Shown here: positions 1 through 8,289 of the stretch, in pieces
How positions within the stretch are numbered: position 1 is the stretch's first letter
Layout: the number at the start of each line of letters is the position of its first letter
The notes under the pieces: model-generated
Told to the model about the DNA's origin: nothing
What the model saw: the letters and a program-made list of their open reading frames with translations, nothing else
The model's database searches: none
Position numbers and translations under genes: made by a program
IMG/VR virus record: IMGVR_UViG_3300028830_000010
DNA length: 40,614 bases
Reading direction: 5' to 3' (one strand)
Source of the DNA: a virus

Positions 1-141
1 AGTGCCATCACTTCGTCGTACTGGTGAATGGTGTAGGCGGTAATCATGATGGCTCCACAATAAAGCTATAGTCAGCCAGGATGGCGTAGTCCGTCGCAAC
101 CGCCATCTGAAGACTGACCGCGCACGTTACGTCGGCAGCGG
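1..141. repeat. Terminal overlap, identical to 40474-40614 (circular assembly signature or direct terminal repeat)
   Basis: Direct comparison: AGTGCCATCACTTCGTCG...GTCGGCAGCGG occurs at both contig ends over 141 bp. ORFs join cleanly across the junction. Confidence 0.9.
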
Positions 142-868
142 TGTTGATGCTAAGTTGGGATTGTGCGACCGTGGTTGTACCGTCGCTGAAGGCTGTTCCA
201 CCGCTATTGTGCTGCTGCTTTGTCTGTAGACCGCAGTTGCGAATCCAGCTCGAAGACCTTGCGACAGTGGAAGTGGTGCGCGTCCCGGTTGCAACTAACG
301 CGCCACCAAACTTTTCACTACAAATCTTGTTGTTCGCGTTGTTGGGGTGCAAGAATCTGTTTTTAGTGCGCAGCGCCCCATGATTCCCCAAACTGCCGCC
401 TGGAAGAGTCACGCTGACGGCGGTGATCTCGCTCGTCACGCCAGTGAACGCTCCTGGCCCTGCTGCGACAATCGCTGTCGGACTCGCCGGAATATCCCGC
501 GAGTTTGTTCCCGGAACGTAGATATTGTTGTACACCGTGCCGACGGTAGTCGAACTCATCACCGTCCAGTAGAACCCTGCGACGGAACCGGCATAGACTG
601 CGCCTGCCGGATAGTACATCCACAGTCCGACGGAGTAGGTCGTATTCAGCGCCGTGCCGAGCGTAACGGCACCATTCGCGCCCATCGTGCCAGATGGCGC
701 TATGCCAATCGGAACGCCGGATTGGGCGAGAATCTGCGGCACAAATATCGTGCTCCCATCCGGCCCGACCAGCCCCACCGGGTTGCCGGAGGAGTCGAGT
801 GACCAAATGGCGTTGAAAAGTGGATTGCGAAGCTTGGACTGCGGAATGGTATCAATTACTTCAGACAT
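44..868 (-). CDS. Hypothetical virion-associated protein (274 aa), Gly/Thr/Ser-rich
   Basis: Long ORF between terL and the portal module. Its stop overlaps, by ATGA, the start of the next ORF at 40520 (equivalent to position 47). No recognisable motif. Confidence 0.5.
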   Translation of the reverse strand: MSEVIDTIPQSKLRNPLFNAIWSLDSSGNPVGLVGPDGSTIFVPQILAQSGVPIGIAPSGTMGANGAVTLGTALNTTYSVGLWMYYPAGAVYAGSVAGFYWTVMSSTTVGTVYNNIYVPGTNSRDIPASPTAIVAAGPGAFTGVTSEITAVSVTLPGGSLGNHGALRTKNRFLHPNNANNKICSEKFGGALVATGTRTTSTVARSSSWIRNCGLQTKQQHNSGGTAFSDGTTTVAQSQLSINTAADVTCAVSLQMAVATDYAILADYSFIVEPS

Positions 869-959
869 GCTTGACTCCTTTCGGTTGCAGCGCCGTCGCT
901 TGGATTAGCGCCTAACAACTGCAACATAGACCATTTTTATCAGGTTTGCAAGTGCTTAC

Positions 960-2363
960 TTACAAATCCTCCCTTGCCGCTCTCATCCGTCGCAAATGCT
1001 CGTTCTTGATCTGGCCGAAATTGAGTGCATGGACGTTTCCGGCCATCATTTTCTCCATTGGGCCGATTTCGCGGCTTTCTGCTTTGGCCCGTCGCCAAGT
1101 AGTCGATACACAGCGCCATGCATCTGCCGCGTGAGAGCAAAAATCATGCAACGGTGACGTGGAAAACACCCGTTTCTCGTCGTCCCACGTCCTGCGGTAG
1201 CCGACGAGGTAATCCCGGCCCTTCTCGGTCGCTTTCCGGTCAAACCAGCACTTCGGAAACGTCGCCCTGGCTGCCTGAATGCCTTCTTCTACATCCAACC
1301 GTGGTGCGATAACGAACCGACCCACATCGCAGTCGATCAACTGCTGCAAAATTGACTTGCCGCCAGCCGCAAGCGTCCTTGGGCGTGCATCGTGAGGTAG
1401 GTAATGCGTGCCGTACTGGTACCCATGCACCTTCGACTTGGATTTGAGCATGTTGGCGTAGTATTCAATGTCTTTTAGGCGGTCATCAAAATAATCTATG
1501 ACCCTGATCTCTGCCCCAATGACCTGATAGAACCATACTGCCGTATCGTCGTCAAAGCCCAAGTCCCATCCGGTGAATACCGGGAAGCCCGGTTCGTGCT
1601 TGACATCTCCGATCCGCCCTTCCGCTTCTGCCTTGACGATGCAATCTGCCCAAATAGCGCCCGGTTGCGCCGCGTCGAAGCTGCAAAAGTATTCCTGCAA
1701 CCACAGCGCCTTGCCGTACTCATCTCCATGTTCTGCCTGCATCTCGCGCAACTCGGACGCCAACTGTTCCGGCGTGAAAATGCCCGTATCCTGTGCCGTG
1801 AGCAACTGGCTGAACCAGCCAGGCTCGGTTTGCGACAGGTCAAAAAGCGCCTTGAAGTGATTCTTCCCCCTCGGCGTGCTGTTGAAACACGCCCACCCGC
1901 CGTTCTCAAGCAGGATAGGCCGCAGGAAGCCCCATGCGCTCGGGTTGCTCAGAGCGTACTCGCTGAACACCAACCCTACTGGCGTAGAACCTACCAATGA
2001 GTCGAAATTGTCGCTACCGACAAGCTGAAACGTGCTTCCGTTCTTCAGCCGTATCCCCATTTCCTGCTGATTCGTGCTATCCCTGATCTCAGGCGGAAAC
2101 GCCTCGTCCAACCTAAGTTTCCCCGTATGCGGATTGATGGCCTGCCAGAGCGCCTTCCGGCACTGGCTGTACTCCGGCATCAAATACCAGATATTCCCCA
2201 CCCTCTCGAACGCCGCACACGCCGAATGGTGCAGCATGACCGCATCCTTGCCACTCCTCCGGTGCCAGCTAACAACCGCACGCTTCCCACCACCAGCCAA
2301 ATAGTCCCATAAAGGCTTCTGATACCCACGCGCCTCCCAATTATGCGGCAGCGTTATCTGCAT
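960..2363 (-). CDS. terL: Terminase large subunit
   Basis: 467 aa with an N-terminal ATPase motif (WHRRSGKD) and a C-terminal nuclease-like half. Sits downstream of the small-subunit candidate and near the portal. Confidence 0.9.
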   Translation of the reverse strand: MQITLPHNWEARGYQKPLWDYLAGGGKRAVVSWHRRSGKDAVMLHHSACAAFERVGNIWYLMPEYSQCRKALWQAINPHTGKLRLDEAFPPEIRDSTNQQEMGIRLKNGSTFQLVGSDNFDSLVGSTPVGLVFSEYALSNPSAWGFLRPILLENGGWACFNSTPRGKNHFKALFDLSQTEPGWFSQLLTAQDTGIFTPEQLASELREMQAEHGDEYGKALWLQEYFCSFDAAQPGAIWADCIVKAEAEGRIGDVKHEPGFPVFTGWDLGFDDDTAVWFYQVIGAEIRVIDYFDDRLKDIEYYANMLKSKSKVHGYQYGTHYLPHDARPRTLAAGGKSILQQLIDCDVGRFVIAPRLDVEEGIQAARATFPKCWFDRKATEKGRDYLVGYRRTWDDEKRVFSTSPLHDFCSHAADAWRCVSTTWRRAKAESREIGPMEKMMAGNVHALNFGQIKNEHLRRMRAAREDL

Positions 2364-2859
2364 ACTCGCCTTCTATCGCCGGAATCTCATGAATATGGGT
2401 ACCCTGACTTCCACCATCAACTAGCGAAACTACCCCCCCCCTCTGCACTACCACCGTCACCCCGTCACGCCTGTCCTCCTTCGCATCTCCCCAACTCCCC
2501 CTGTCCGCCTTCGCCGCTACCTTCAGATACGTGTCCGCCTGCAACTTGCTCACACTCACGTCCTCAACCCCCGCATCACGCGCCGCCGACACCGCATCCC
2601 ACACCAACCTGTCCGCCCAGCACCGCTTCGCCAACTCAAACACAGCAGTCCGCTTCCCGTCGTCCTCTATCCACTTCCGAACAACCATCCACGCCATGTT
2701 GTACTGCTCAGTCGCAACCTTCCACGGCTCCATGCCTTGAGATACCTTCGCGCATATTTCATCTATCAGCGCAGAATCGCCAGCAATCAACTCCGATGGC
2801 CCAAACTCGGCAATCAGATTGTCCAACCGCGAATACCCCTCTCTCACCAATGCGCCCAT
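2341..2859 (-). CDS. terS: Putative terminase small subunit
   Basis: 172-aa ORF immediately upstream of terL, overlapping it by 23 nt. The call is positional only. Confidence 0.45.
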   Translation of the reverse strand: MGALVREGYSRLDNLIAEFGPSELIAGDSALIDEICAKVSQGMEPWKVATEQYNMAWMVVRKWIEDDGKRTAVFELAKRCWADRLVWDAVSAARDAGVEDVSVSKLQADTYLKVAAKADRGSWGDAKEDRRDGVTVVVQRGGVVSLVDGGSQGTHIHEIPAIEGEYADNAAA

Positions 2860-2879
2860 AGCAACATGTTAGCGAATGC

Positions 2880-3353
2880 TTACTCCGGATGCAATAACTT
2901 CCACAATTTGCCACTTTTAATCTTATAAATTGTTTTCGTATGTATATTAAAAGCTTCCGCTATTTCAGACCGCTTCCTATCATCCAATAGAATAGCAACA
3001 ACATCCCACTCGGTTAACTTGCACATAGGATTATTTTCCCCTATATAGCGCGGTGATCTACCCTTTTTTACCATGTCAGCCATGTTGTCTGAATGTGTAC
3101 CCACAAAAAGATGATCTGGGTTTATACAAGCCCTATTGTCACAACTATGGCAAACATACTTTCCTTTCGGGATATCCCCAAACTTTTGAATATATGAAGC
3201 CCTATGAGCCGACATCGTTATTTTCTTATGCTTCAATATCCCATAACCAGCCTTCCCAATACCACCAACCCAAATTACACAACCACATTCAGGTATTGGA
3301 ACCCCATATTTATCAAGTTTTTCAGATATAGACAGCGCAGCTTTTCTCGGCAT
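2880..3353 (-). CDS. HNH homing endonuclease (HNH_3-like) with C-terminal HTH
   Basis: Motif CHSCDNRACINPDHLFVGTHSDNMADM. Visibly AT-richer than its neighbours. RBS AGGAGG lies upstream of the ATG. Confidence 0.85.
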   Translation of the reverse strand: MPRKAALSISEKLDKYGVPIPECGCVIWVGGIGKAGYGILKHKKITMSAHRASYIQKFGDIPKGKYVCHSCDNRACINPDHLFVGTHSDNMADMVKKGRSPRYIGENNPMCKLTEWDVVAILLDDRKRSEIAEAFNIHTKTIYKIKSGKLWKLLHPE

Positions 3354-3458
3354 ATATACCTCCTAGTTCATAATAGCACACATTGGTATACATAGCTAGT
3401 CGTCGAGGCTCCAACACCCGACCCCCGCCTGCCTCGAACCACCCCCCCCTATGCGTTA

Positions 3459-3556
3459 GTAAGCACTCACTCGCCCCAGTGAGCGCACACTAACACACAT
3501 ATATAAGCTAACACTAATTGGACATAACCGCCATTCTGCGAATCGTAAGCACTCAC
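3459..3556 (+). repeat. 12-bp direct repeat GTAAGCACTCAC x2 (3459-3470, 3545-3556)
   Basis: Read directly from the sequence. Lies in the 759-bp non-coding region next to the terminase module. TGAGAATC also occurs twice (3594-3601, 3633-3640). Confidence 0.6.
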
Positions 3557-3704
3557 ACTCATTAACAATCAATAACTTACGCGCATCATGCCGTGAGAAT
3601 CGTTCGCATTCATCCCATAAGCAGGCCGGCAATGAGAATCAATGCTATCCACGCACCATTCATGCAGCTCAGGCCGATACCCAGAACAGCATCGAGGCGG
3701 CAGG

Positions 3705-3874
3705 ACAGGGGCAGTAGTGGCAACGAGAATGAAAACTGGTACGGGAGTGGCGAGATATTTTATGCTTAAACTATAGGGTCACTGGTGGCAAAGCATTTTA
3801 TGCACAATGCTTATGACCCCGCTGCAAGTGCATGAGTCTAAAGGTAAAGGGGCAATAGGGGTCATTAGTGGCAA
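3705..3874 (+). repeat. Three ~20-bp direct repeats, AYAGGG(G)YCAnTrGTGGCAA (iteron- or operator-like)
   Basis: Copies at 3705-3723 (ACAGGGGCAGTAGTGGCAA), 3773-3791 (ATAGGGTCACTGGTGGCAA) and 3855-3874 (ATAGGGGTCATTAGTGGCAA). Further ATAGGGTCA boxes at 4027-4036 (+) and 3984-3991 (-). Confidence 0.65.
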
Positions 3875-3894
3875 GGAAAATGAGTGTACAAAAC

Positions 3895-3943
3895 GTATAC
3901 ATGGGGTCTTATATATGTATACATACTTCGCGGGCACGTATAC
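3895..3943. repeat. Three GTATAC palindromes spaced 21-22 bp apart in an AT-rich stretch
   Basis: GTATACAT at 3895-3902 and 3917-3924, GTATAC at 3938-3943. Confidence 0.55.
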
Positions 3944-4056
3944 GGGCCGACTTTGCAAAACTGGCTTGCTACTGACCCCGATTGACCCTATTTGTGCTGA
4001 TTTTGTTTGTATTACATACGTTTGCGATAGGGTCACTATTTTTATCGGCTGGTTGA

Positions 4057-4085
4057 TTGACTTAAATGTCTATATTAACTATACT
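4057..4085 (+). promoter_or_regulatory. Sigma70-like early promoter, TTGACT-17 nt-TATACT
   Basis: Near-consensus hexamers about 28 nt upstream of the first plus-strand gene (RBS GGAG, ATG at 4113). Confidence 0.55.
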
Positions 4086-4112
4086 GATTCAGTTATTCCG
4101 TAACCATTATTA

Positions 4113-4379
4113 ATGGAGAAACTCATGTATCCGAAAAGACTTGATGATAGTTTTGACCTGGCATTTGACTTTGATAAATTGTCTGCTTGGCTGGCTGGGC
4201 TTCCTGCGGGTTTGTACTATACCAAGGATTTGTTTAAAGCCTATACGGCGGCGCATGGGGTATCTGGTGGCCGGCATTGGCGGTTGTTTTCTTCTCAGCT
4301 ACACAAGCATGGGTTGTATGTGTCAAGGCATAACGGTTGCACCATTGCGCGAAAAGCTGATAAGGCGGCGGTGATTTAG
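4113..4379 (+). CDS. Hypothetical early protein (88 aa)
   Basis: First ORF after the early promoter, with a GGAG RBS. Confidence 0.6.
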   Translation: MEKLMYPKRLDDSFDLAFDFDKLSAWLAGLPAGLYYTKDLFKAYTAAHGVSGGRHWRLFSSQLHKHGLYVSRHNGCTIARKADKAAVI

Positions 4380-4422
4380 TTAGCCATTACTAACATCGCG
4401 CATCATCATAAAAATAACTTCC

Positions 4423-4450
4423 TTGCAATCATTGATGCATTTGCTATCAT
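4423..4450 (+). promoter_or_regulatory. Sigma70-like promoter, TTGCAA-16 nt-TATCAT
   Basis: Hexamers read directly from the sequence, upstream of the 4495 ORF. Confidence 0.4.
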
Positions 4451-4494
4451 TGCACTGTACCGAGCTAATCGGGATGACAAAGGAGCAGGGGGAA

Positions 4495-4791
4495 ATGAAA
4501 ACAGCGAGCGAGATTTATAGGCAGCATGTCCGCATTTCGGCAAGGATTTCTTTGGTGGCTAGGATGTTTGCAAAACGTGCGCATCCTGCAACAAGCGGCA
4601 ATGATATGCTTTGCCATAACTGGGGAAATGAAGAAAGCCGAAAAGTATGGAGACGCGCCTATAAACGCATGGACAAGGCGCAGGCGATATATCAACGCAT
4701 GTATTCGCTCGCGGAACATGCGCAGCACCATGATGCTAAATTCTGCCCGCTTTGGTGCGAGCATTGCCAATCCCGCCCTTCGGGGCGGTAA
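4495..4791 (+). CDS. Hypothetical protein (98 aa)
   Basis: ORF-track ORF 4423-4791. The start is placed at ATG 4495, behind AGGAG (4481-4485) and downstream of the predicted promoter. Confidence 0.5.
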   Translation: MKTASEIYRQHVRISARISLVARMFAKRAHPATSGNDMLCHNWGNEESRKVWRRAYKRMDKAQAIYQRMYSLAEHAQHHDAKFCPLWCEHCQSRPSGR

Positions 4792-4802
4792 CTGAAAGGA
4801 GA

Positions 4803-4979
4803 ATGGAAATGGGCAAATATGACGAATTCAGGCCGGGTATCTACGGCACATTCAGGGAAGATGGTTACAGGGATGCGATCAAAGACTTAGACCCAAGTCC
4901 GCCAGATATTGGCGTTTTAGCTGATGAATACATGGAAGGCTATAACGCAGGATTAATTACAATGTGGGAGACACAATGA
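4803..4979 (+). CDS. Hypothetical protein (58 aa)
   Basis: ATG 4803 is preceded by AAGGAG. The upstream part of the track ORF overlaps the previous gene. Confidence 0.45.
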   Translation: MEMGKYDEFRPGIYGTFREDGYRDAIKDLDPSPPDIGVLADEYMEGYNAGLITMWETQ

Positions 4980-5119
4980 AAACCTACATGATCCGCAACA
5001 TACCGCTTGACCTGTACAAGCAGGTTCAGCACGCCGCAATTGATCGCGGTATCACCATCGGCGCATACATGATCCTTGCGCTGCGGGCGTTTCTGAAAAC
5101 TGACACGAAGGGGGAATGA
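4976..5119 (+). CDS. Ribbon-helix-helix (Arc/CopG-like) DNA-binding protein, 47 aa
   Basis: Hand-translated, below the ORF-track size cutoff: MKTYMIRNIPLDLYKQVQHAAIDRGITIGAYMILALRAFLKTDTKGE. ATGA overlap with the upstream stop, and the next ATG follows 2 nt after its own stop. Confidence 0.55.
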   Translation: MKTYMIRNIPLDLYKQVQHAAIDRGITIGAYMILALRAFLKTDTKGE

Positions 5120-5120
5120 C

Positions 5121-5510
5121 ATGAACCGCGATACATACGAAATGCTGAACCGCCTGCAATCCATCGGGATTGACTATAACGATGCGAATGCAATCCGCCG
5201 ATGTGCTATGACCCTGCATCGCTGGAACGAACTGGAGTGTGGAACCGATTCCGGCGCAGTCGAACGTGATGAGGACACTGGCAAAACCTACTGGGTCAAC
5301 GCCATGACCGGAAAACGCTGGCCGACCCCTGACCGTGAAACCGGCGCAGTCAAACGGCTGAATGCCATTATGGCGCGGTATCCTCGATTGTCGGCATACC
5401 TGCAAGGCGATCCTCGCGGCGCATCGGTCTACATCCTGCGGCCCGGCGACGTGCCGGAAGGGTGCGATGCTGATGCTTACTACAGCCGGGGCATTGCGGT
5501 TTTCAAATAG
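5121..5510 (+). CDS. Hypothetical protein (129 aa)
   Basis: Tightly packed ORF with no recognised motif. Confidence 0.6.
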   Translation: MNRDTYEMLNRLQSIGIDYNDANAIRRCAMTLHRWNELECGTDSGAVERDEDTGKTYWVNAMTGKRWPTPDRETGAVKRLNAIMARYPRLSAYLQGDPRGASVYILRPGDVPEGCDADAYYSRGIAVFK

Positions 5511-5580
5511 CGCCTAGCCCTAATGCGCCGTGACAGGGCGCATTGTGGCAATAGTGCCGATAACAGATAGGGGAAATATC

Positions 5581-6237
5581 ATGCAAGCTCAATTCTCAAT
5601 ACCGCAACACGCCATTAAAGCCGTAGCCTATGCTATGGCCGTCAAGGATAGACGCTACTACCTGAACGGAATGCTGATCCAGCATAACGGGCAGGAAACG
5701 CGCCTGATCGCCACGGATGGGCATCGGCTTCATGCTTGCATCGTCAAGCACAAAGATGCAGAGCTTTTGCCGGAAATCATTGAAGCCATCATGCCGGATT
5801 CGCTGGTGAAAACCATTCTCAAGGCAAAGGCGCGTTGCCGTGGAACGTGGGGCATTCAAATAAACATTGACGGCACGCGCATTCAGGCTGATCTGTTTGA
5901 CGGAACAAGCGCCAGCGCAACGGCCATTGACGGTAAGTTCCCCGACTATCACCGCGTTATCCCGACTGAGTTTTCCGGCGTGGTCGCGCAATACAACCCG
6001 GAATATCTGCTCGATGCAGAACTCGGCGCACGCGACTGGTACAACAGTATCAAAGCAACCTTTGCCTTCAGCCATAACGGCGACTCGGCTGGCGGTATCG
6101 CGCTTGATGGATTTGTTGCCATCGTTATGCCGCGCCGTGTCGATGCTGCGCTTAACGCGCCTGATGCAGCATTTAAGCTTTACCCGGCCAAAGCTGAACC
6201 GCAAGCCATTGCCGAGGAGCAGCAATCATGCAAGTAA
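5581..6237 (+). CDS. DNA polymerase III beta-clamp (DnaN)-like protein, N-terminally truncated (218 aa)
   Basis: RYYLNGML, ATDGHRL and DGKFPDYHRVIP match the conserved stretch of bacterial DnaN starting in its second domain. ATG 5581 follows AGGGGA. Confidence 0.8.
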   Translation: MQAQFSIPQHAIKAVAYAMAVKDRRYYLNGMLIQHNGQETRLIATDGHRLHACIVKHKDAELLPEIIEAIMPDSLVKTILKAKARCRGTWGIQINIDGTRIQADLFDGTSASATAIDGKFPDYHRVIPTEFSGVVAQYNPEYLLDAELGARDWYNSIKATFAFSHNGDSAGGIALDGFVAIVMPRRVDAALNAPDAAFKLYPAKAEPQAIAEEQQSCK

Positions 6238-6404
6238 CCTACACAACGCTGCACCCGCAAGCCATGCACGCCATACGCGCCGCTGCAAACTGGCGCACCT
6301 GGGGGCCGCACGCCGCAGTCCAATACTGCCGCAATCGCCGGGTTCCGCTGCGCCTGATGGTACTGGCGCGACAGTTGCAGGTGGCGACGATGGCAGGCTT
6401 TTGA
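6228..6404 (+). CDS. Small hypothetical ORF (58 aa)
   Basis: Hand-translated. Its ATG overlaps the end of the clamp gene and the ORF fills an otherwise unexplained gap. Confidence 0.3.
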   Translation: MQVTYTTLHPQAMHAIRAAANWRTWGPHAAVQYCRNRRVPLRLMVLARQLQVATMAGF

Positions 6405-6406
6405 CC

Positions 6407-6502
6407 ATGACAACCGCCGAATCCCTGCTTATCGCCTCGATAATCGCCGCCCTCGGCCTGTTCGCCGCGCCTGATCTGGTGGCGTGGTGGCACGGGTTTT
6501 AG
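6407..6502 (+). CDS. Small hydrophobic peptide (31 aa, MTTAESLLIASIIAALGLFAAPDLVAWWHGF)
   Basis: Hand-translated. One predicted transmembrane helix. Starts 2 nt after the previous stop. Confidence 0.25.
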   Translation: MTTAESLLIASIIAALGLFAAPDLVAWWHGF

Positions 6503-6519
6503 CCGGTTATGGTGACGCC

Positions 6520-6771
6520 ATGAACAAAAATGCCGAATACCCATCAATGGCACTTCAAGCCGCATACAATGCGCTTATGAACGAGAATGCCGCATTGCAC
6601 AAAATTACCACCGATCTAGTATATGACGTGCTGGCGGCATGTAGCTTCCGGGATGATAATTCGCCGGCAGGATTATCCTTGACCGTACTGTATAAAAGCC
6701 CGGCATTGGACAAGGCGCGGGAACTGGTGGCCGAATCAGAGGAGAAGGAAACCGAAGCCATGCTAAAATAG
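6520..6771 (+). CDS. Hypothetical protein (83 aa)
   Basis: Track ORF 6484-6771. First ATG is at 6520. Confidence 0.5.
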   Translation: MNKNAEYPSMALQAAYNALMNENAALHKITTDLVYDVLAACSFRDDNSPAGLSLTVLYKSPALDKARELVAESEEKETEAMLK

Positions 6772-6818
6772 CTTTCCCCCTCGCGGCCACCTCCAGCCGC
6801 GCCGCCTTCGGCGGTTAT

Positions 6819-6855
6819 GCCCGGATTACGCTATCAGCGATCCGGGCAATTTTTT
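6819..6855 (+). terminator. Rho-independent terminator candidate
   Basis: Stem GCCCGGAT (6819-6826) / ATCCGGGC (6840-6847) with a 13-nt loop, followed by AATTTTTT. Confidence 0.45.
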
Positions 6856-6864
6856 AATCATCAC

Positions 6865-6893
6865 TTGCATGGTATGCGAAAATATGATAATCT
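6865..6893 (+). promoter_or_regulatory. Sigma70-like promoter, TTGCAT-17 nt-TAATCT
   Basis: Follows the terminator directly and lies upstream of the 6926 ORF. Confidence 0.4.
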
Positions 6894-6925
6894 CCGCATA
6901 CCATCACAAACAAGGAACCGCCAAA

Positions 6926-7312
6926 ATGCTGCCGACAATGACCGATGATGATCGCGCCCGTTATCTGGCAATGACCCATGAAAAGACCAAGGCGCTGATT
7001 GCCAATCTGCCGAACATGAAGACCGACTGGCTGGACGAGGAAACATGGCAGGACATGGCGCGGGACAGGGGATTGAAGCTCCCGGCAATGTACTTGCTGC
7101 CGACTCCGACCGCCATTCGTCGCTGGCTTCGACGCCTCGGAATGACCAATGCCGAGTTCCGGGAATGGGGCGGTTACGCGGCTTTGGAGGACTTCGCCCG
7201 CCTAAATCCCCGTTGGCCTCTCCGCGCCCTGGTCGGCATCCTGCTGGAATACGTCACGGAACGGGACTATGCGCGGGACTTGCTGCGCGGGAAGCTGTCA
7301 GCTAAAGGCTAA
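6926..7312 (+). CDS. Hypothetical protein (128 aa)
   Basis: ATG 6926 follows AAGGA. The 6869 start in the track would lie inside the predicted promoter. Confidence 0.55.
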   Translation: MLPTMTDDDRARYLAMTHEKTKALIANLPNMKTDWLDEETWQDMARDRGLKLPAMYLLPTPTAIRRWLRRLGMTNAEFREWGGYAALEDFARLNPRWPLRALVGILLEYVTERDYARDLLRGKLSAKG

Positions 7313-7527
7313 GCAGCGTTAGCCGCTTGCAGCCCGTTCTGGTGGCTCTCAGCGGCATTTTTAGCATCCTCGGCGCAGGTATATGTGCCGAGGACGGTTG
7401 AATGGTACCAGAGGATATACGTTGCGCCATCGCTCCACGGGAAACGCACGATGCGGTAAGCCTCGCAGCGCATGACGTTATAGGCTGAGCGTTTCCATAT
7501 TAGCATTTGCTTATGCGCTCCATGCAT
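7309..7527 (-). CDS. Hypothetical protein (72 aa)
   Basis: Convergent with the previous gene (4-nt overlap of 3' ends). Its ATG sits 2 nt from the end of inverted repeat A. Confidence 0.5.
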   Translation of the reverse strand: MHGAHKQMLIWKRSAYNVMRCEAYRIVRFPWSDGATYILWYHSTVLGTYTCAEDAKNAAESHQNGLQAANAA

Positions 7528-7528
7528 T

Positions 7529-7580
7529 TATCAGATTAGCGTCTCGGATTGGCTTTGATTCTTAAAGTATATTAGCGTTT
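7529..7580. repeat. Inverted repeat A (left copy), 50/52 identical to the reverse complement of 17606-17657
   Basis: Base-by-base alignment gives mismatches only at 7563 and 7566. Contains ACGCTAAT twice. Confidence 0.9.
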
Positions 7581-7600
7581 GCTGCGCCGGTTTACACGAC

Positions 7601-7625
7601 TCAAATAGGGTGTCTACTTCTAGTT
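7601..7625. repeat. Inverted repeat B (left copy), 25/25 reverse complement of 19029-19053
   Basis: TCAAATAGGGTGTCTACTTCTAGTT. The flanking bases on both sides mismatch. Confidence 0.9.
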
Positions 7626-7635
7626 GGCAGGCAAA
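7623..7635 (-). repeat. Terminal YAAC half-site of the left cassette array (TTTGCCTGCCAAC in gene orientation)
   Basis: Perfect 13-bp reverse complement of 9023-9035, which is the GTTGG box upstream of the methyltransferase. Confidence 0.75.
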
Positions 7636-7719
7636 AGCTCAACCTGCACCGCCGTCTCGCCAGCGCCGACTTTTGCGTCCTCGAACAGCCGGGGCTGTGC
7701 GTAGGCTTGCTCTATGCGG

Positions 7720-8289
7720 TTATGGCATGTCCGGCCATCTGAAATTGCGCTTACTCTCATTGTCGGAACCGTCAAGGATTTGCAGGTTCGATTCAACGTG
7801 CAACCCGCAAACGATCTTGCTTTGAAGCGGCACGATATGGTCAACGTGCTTGCGGATTCCTGTTTCTTCCTGCTGGCGCATTGCTTCGGCGTAGATTCTG
7901 ATAATTGCGTCCTGATCCGCCCATGATGGAGTAGCGCGCAGTTTCGCGGCCTTCCTTCTTGCATCAACTGCATTCCGCTTCGGTCGGTTCGCTCGCGCCC
8001 ACTCCAAATGCTTTGCAGCGCGACGCTCTTTATTCTTTTCGTTATGCCGCTTCTGTGCTGCTTTGGTGGCCTCCGGGTTAGCCTTTGCCCATTCGATAGC
8101 CCGTTGCTTATTACGTTCCTTGTTTTGCTCGTACCAAGCATGGTTCGCCTCTCTATGGCATTCCTTGCACCAATTAACGTGGCCATCCGCATATCGCTCA
8201 TTCTTGCTGAAACTCGATAGCGGCTTGTCCTGCCGGCACTTCTTGCATGTTTTCATTTGCCCCGAAAAGCGTATTTTGACGATACGCAT
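7720..8289 (-). CDS. HNH endonuclease
   Basis: C-terminal HVDHIVPL...GLHVESNLQIL...DNESK HNH motif, N-terminal CxxC...CxxC, and a K/R/A-rich repeat region. Start is uncertain (8289 or 8256). Overlaps the methyltransferase 3' end. Confidence 0.8.
   Translation of the reverse strand: MRIVKIRFSGQMKTCKKCRQDKPLSSFSKNERYADGHVNWCKECHREANHAWYEQNKERNKQRAIEWAKANPEATKAAQKRHNEKNKERRAAKHLEWARANRPKRNAVDARRKAAKLRATPSWADQDAIIRIYAEAMRQQEETGIRKHVDHIVPLQSKIVCGLHVESNLQILDGSDNESKRNFRWPDMP

Noticed and set aside
914-922. GCGCCTAAC (914-922) is the reverse complement of GTTAGGCGC at 35474-35482, which could extend the cassette idea to the late operon
   Set aside because: A single unanchored 9-mer match is expected many times by chance in 40 kb. 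There is no bulged hairpin next to either copy.
952-3466. Near inverted repeat GTGCTTACTTAC (952-963) / GTTAGTAAGCAC (3455-3466) flanks the terminase-HNH module
   Set aside because: It matches at only 11 of 12 positions. The polarity is opposite to the cassette rule, and no structured repeat accompanies the 952 copy. Noted as a possible relic only.
3768-3785. CTATAGGGTCAC and AAATAGGGAGCC (17566) resemble T7-type promoter cores (TATAGGGAGA)
   Set aside because: The genome has no single-subunit RNA polymerase gene (the largest ORF is the portal). The upstream -17 to -5 regions are not conserved between copies. They are kept only as a possible protein-binding motif.
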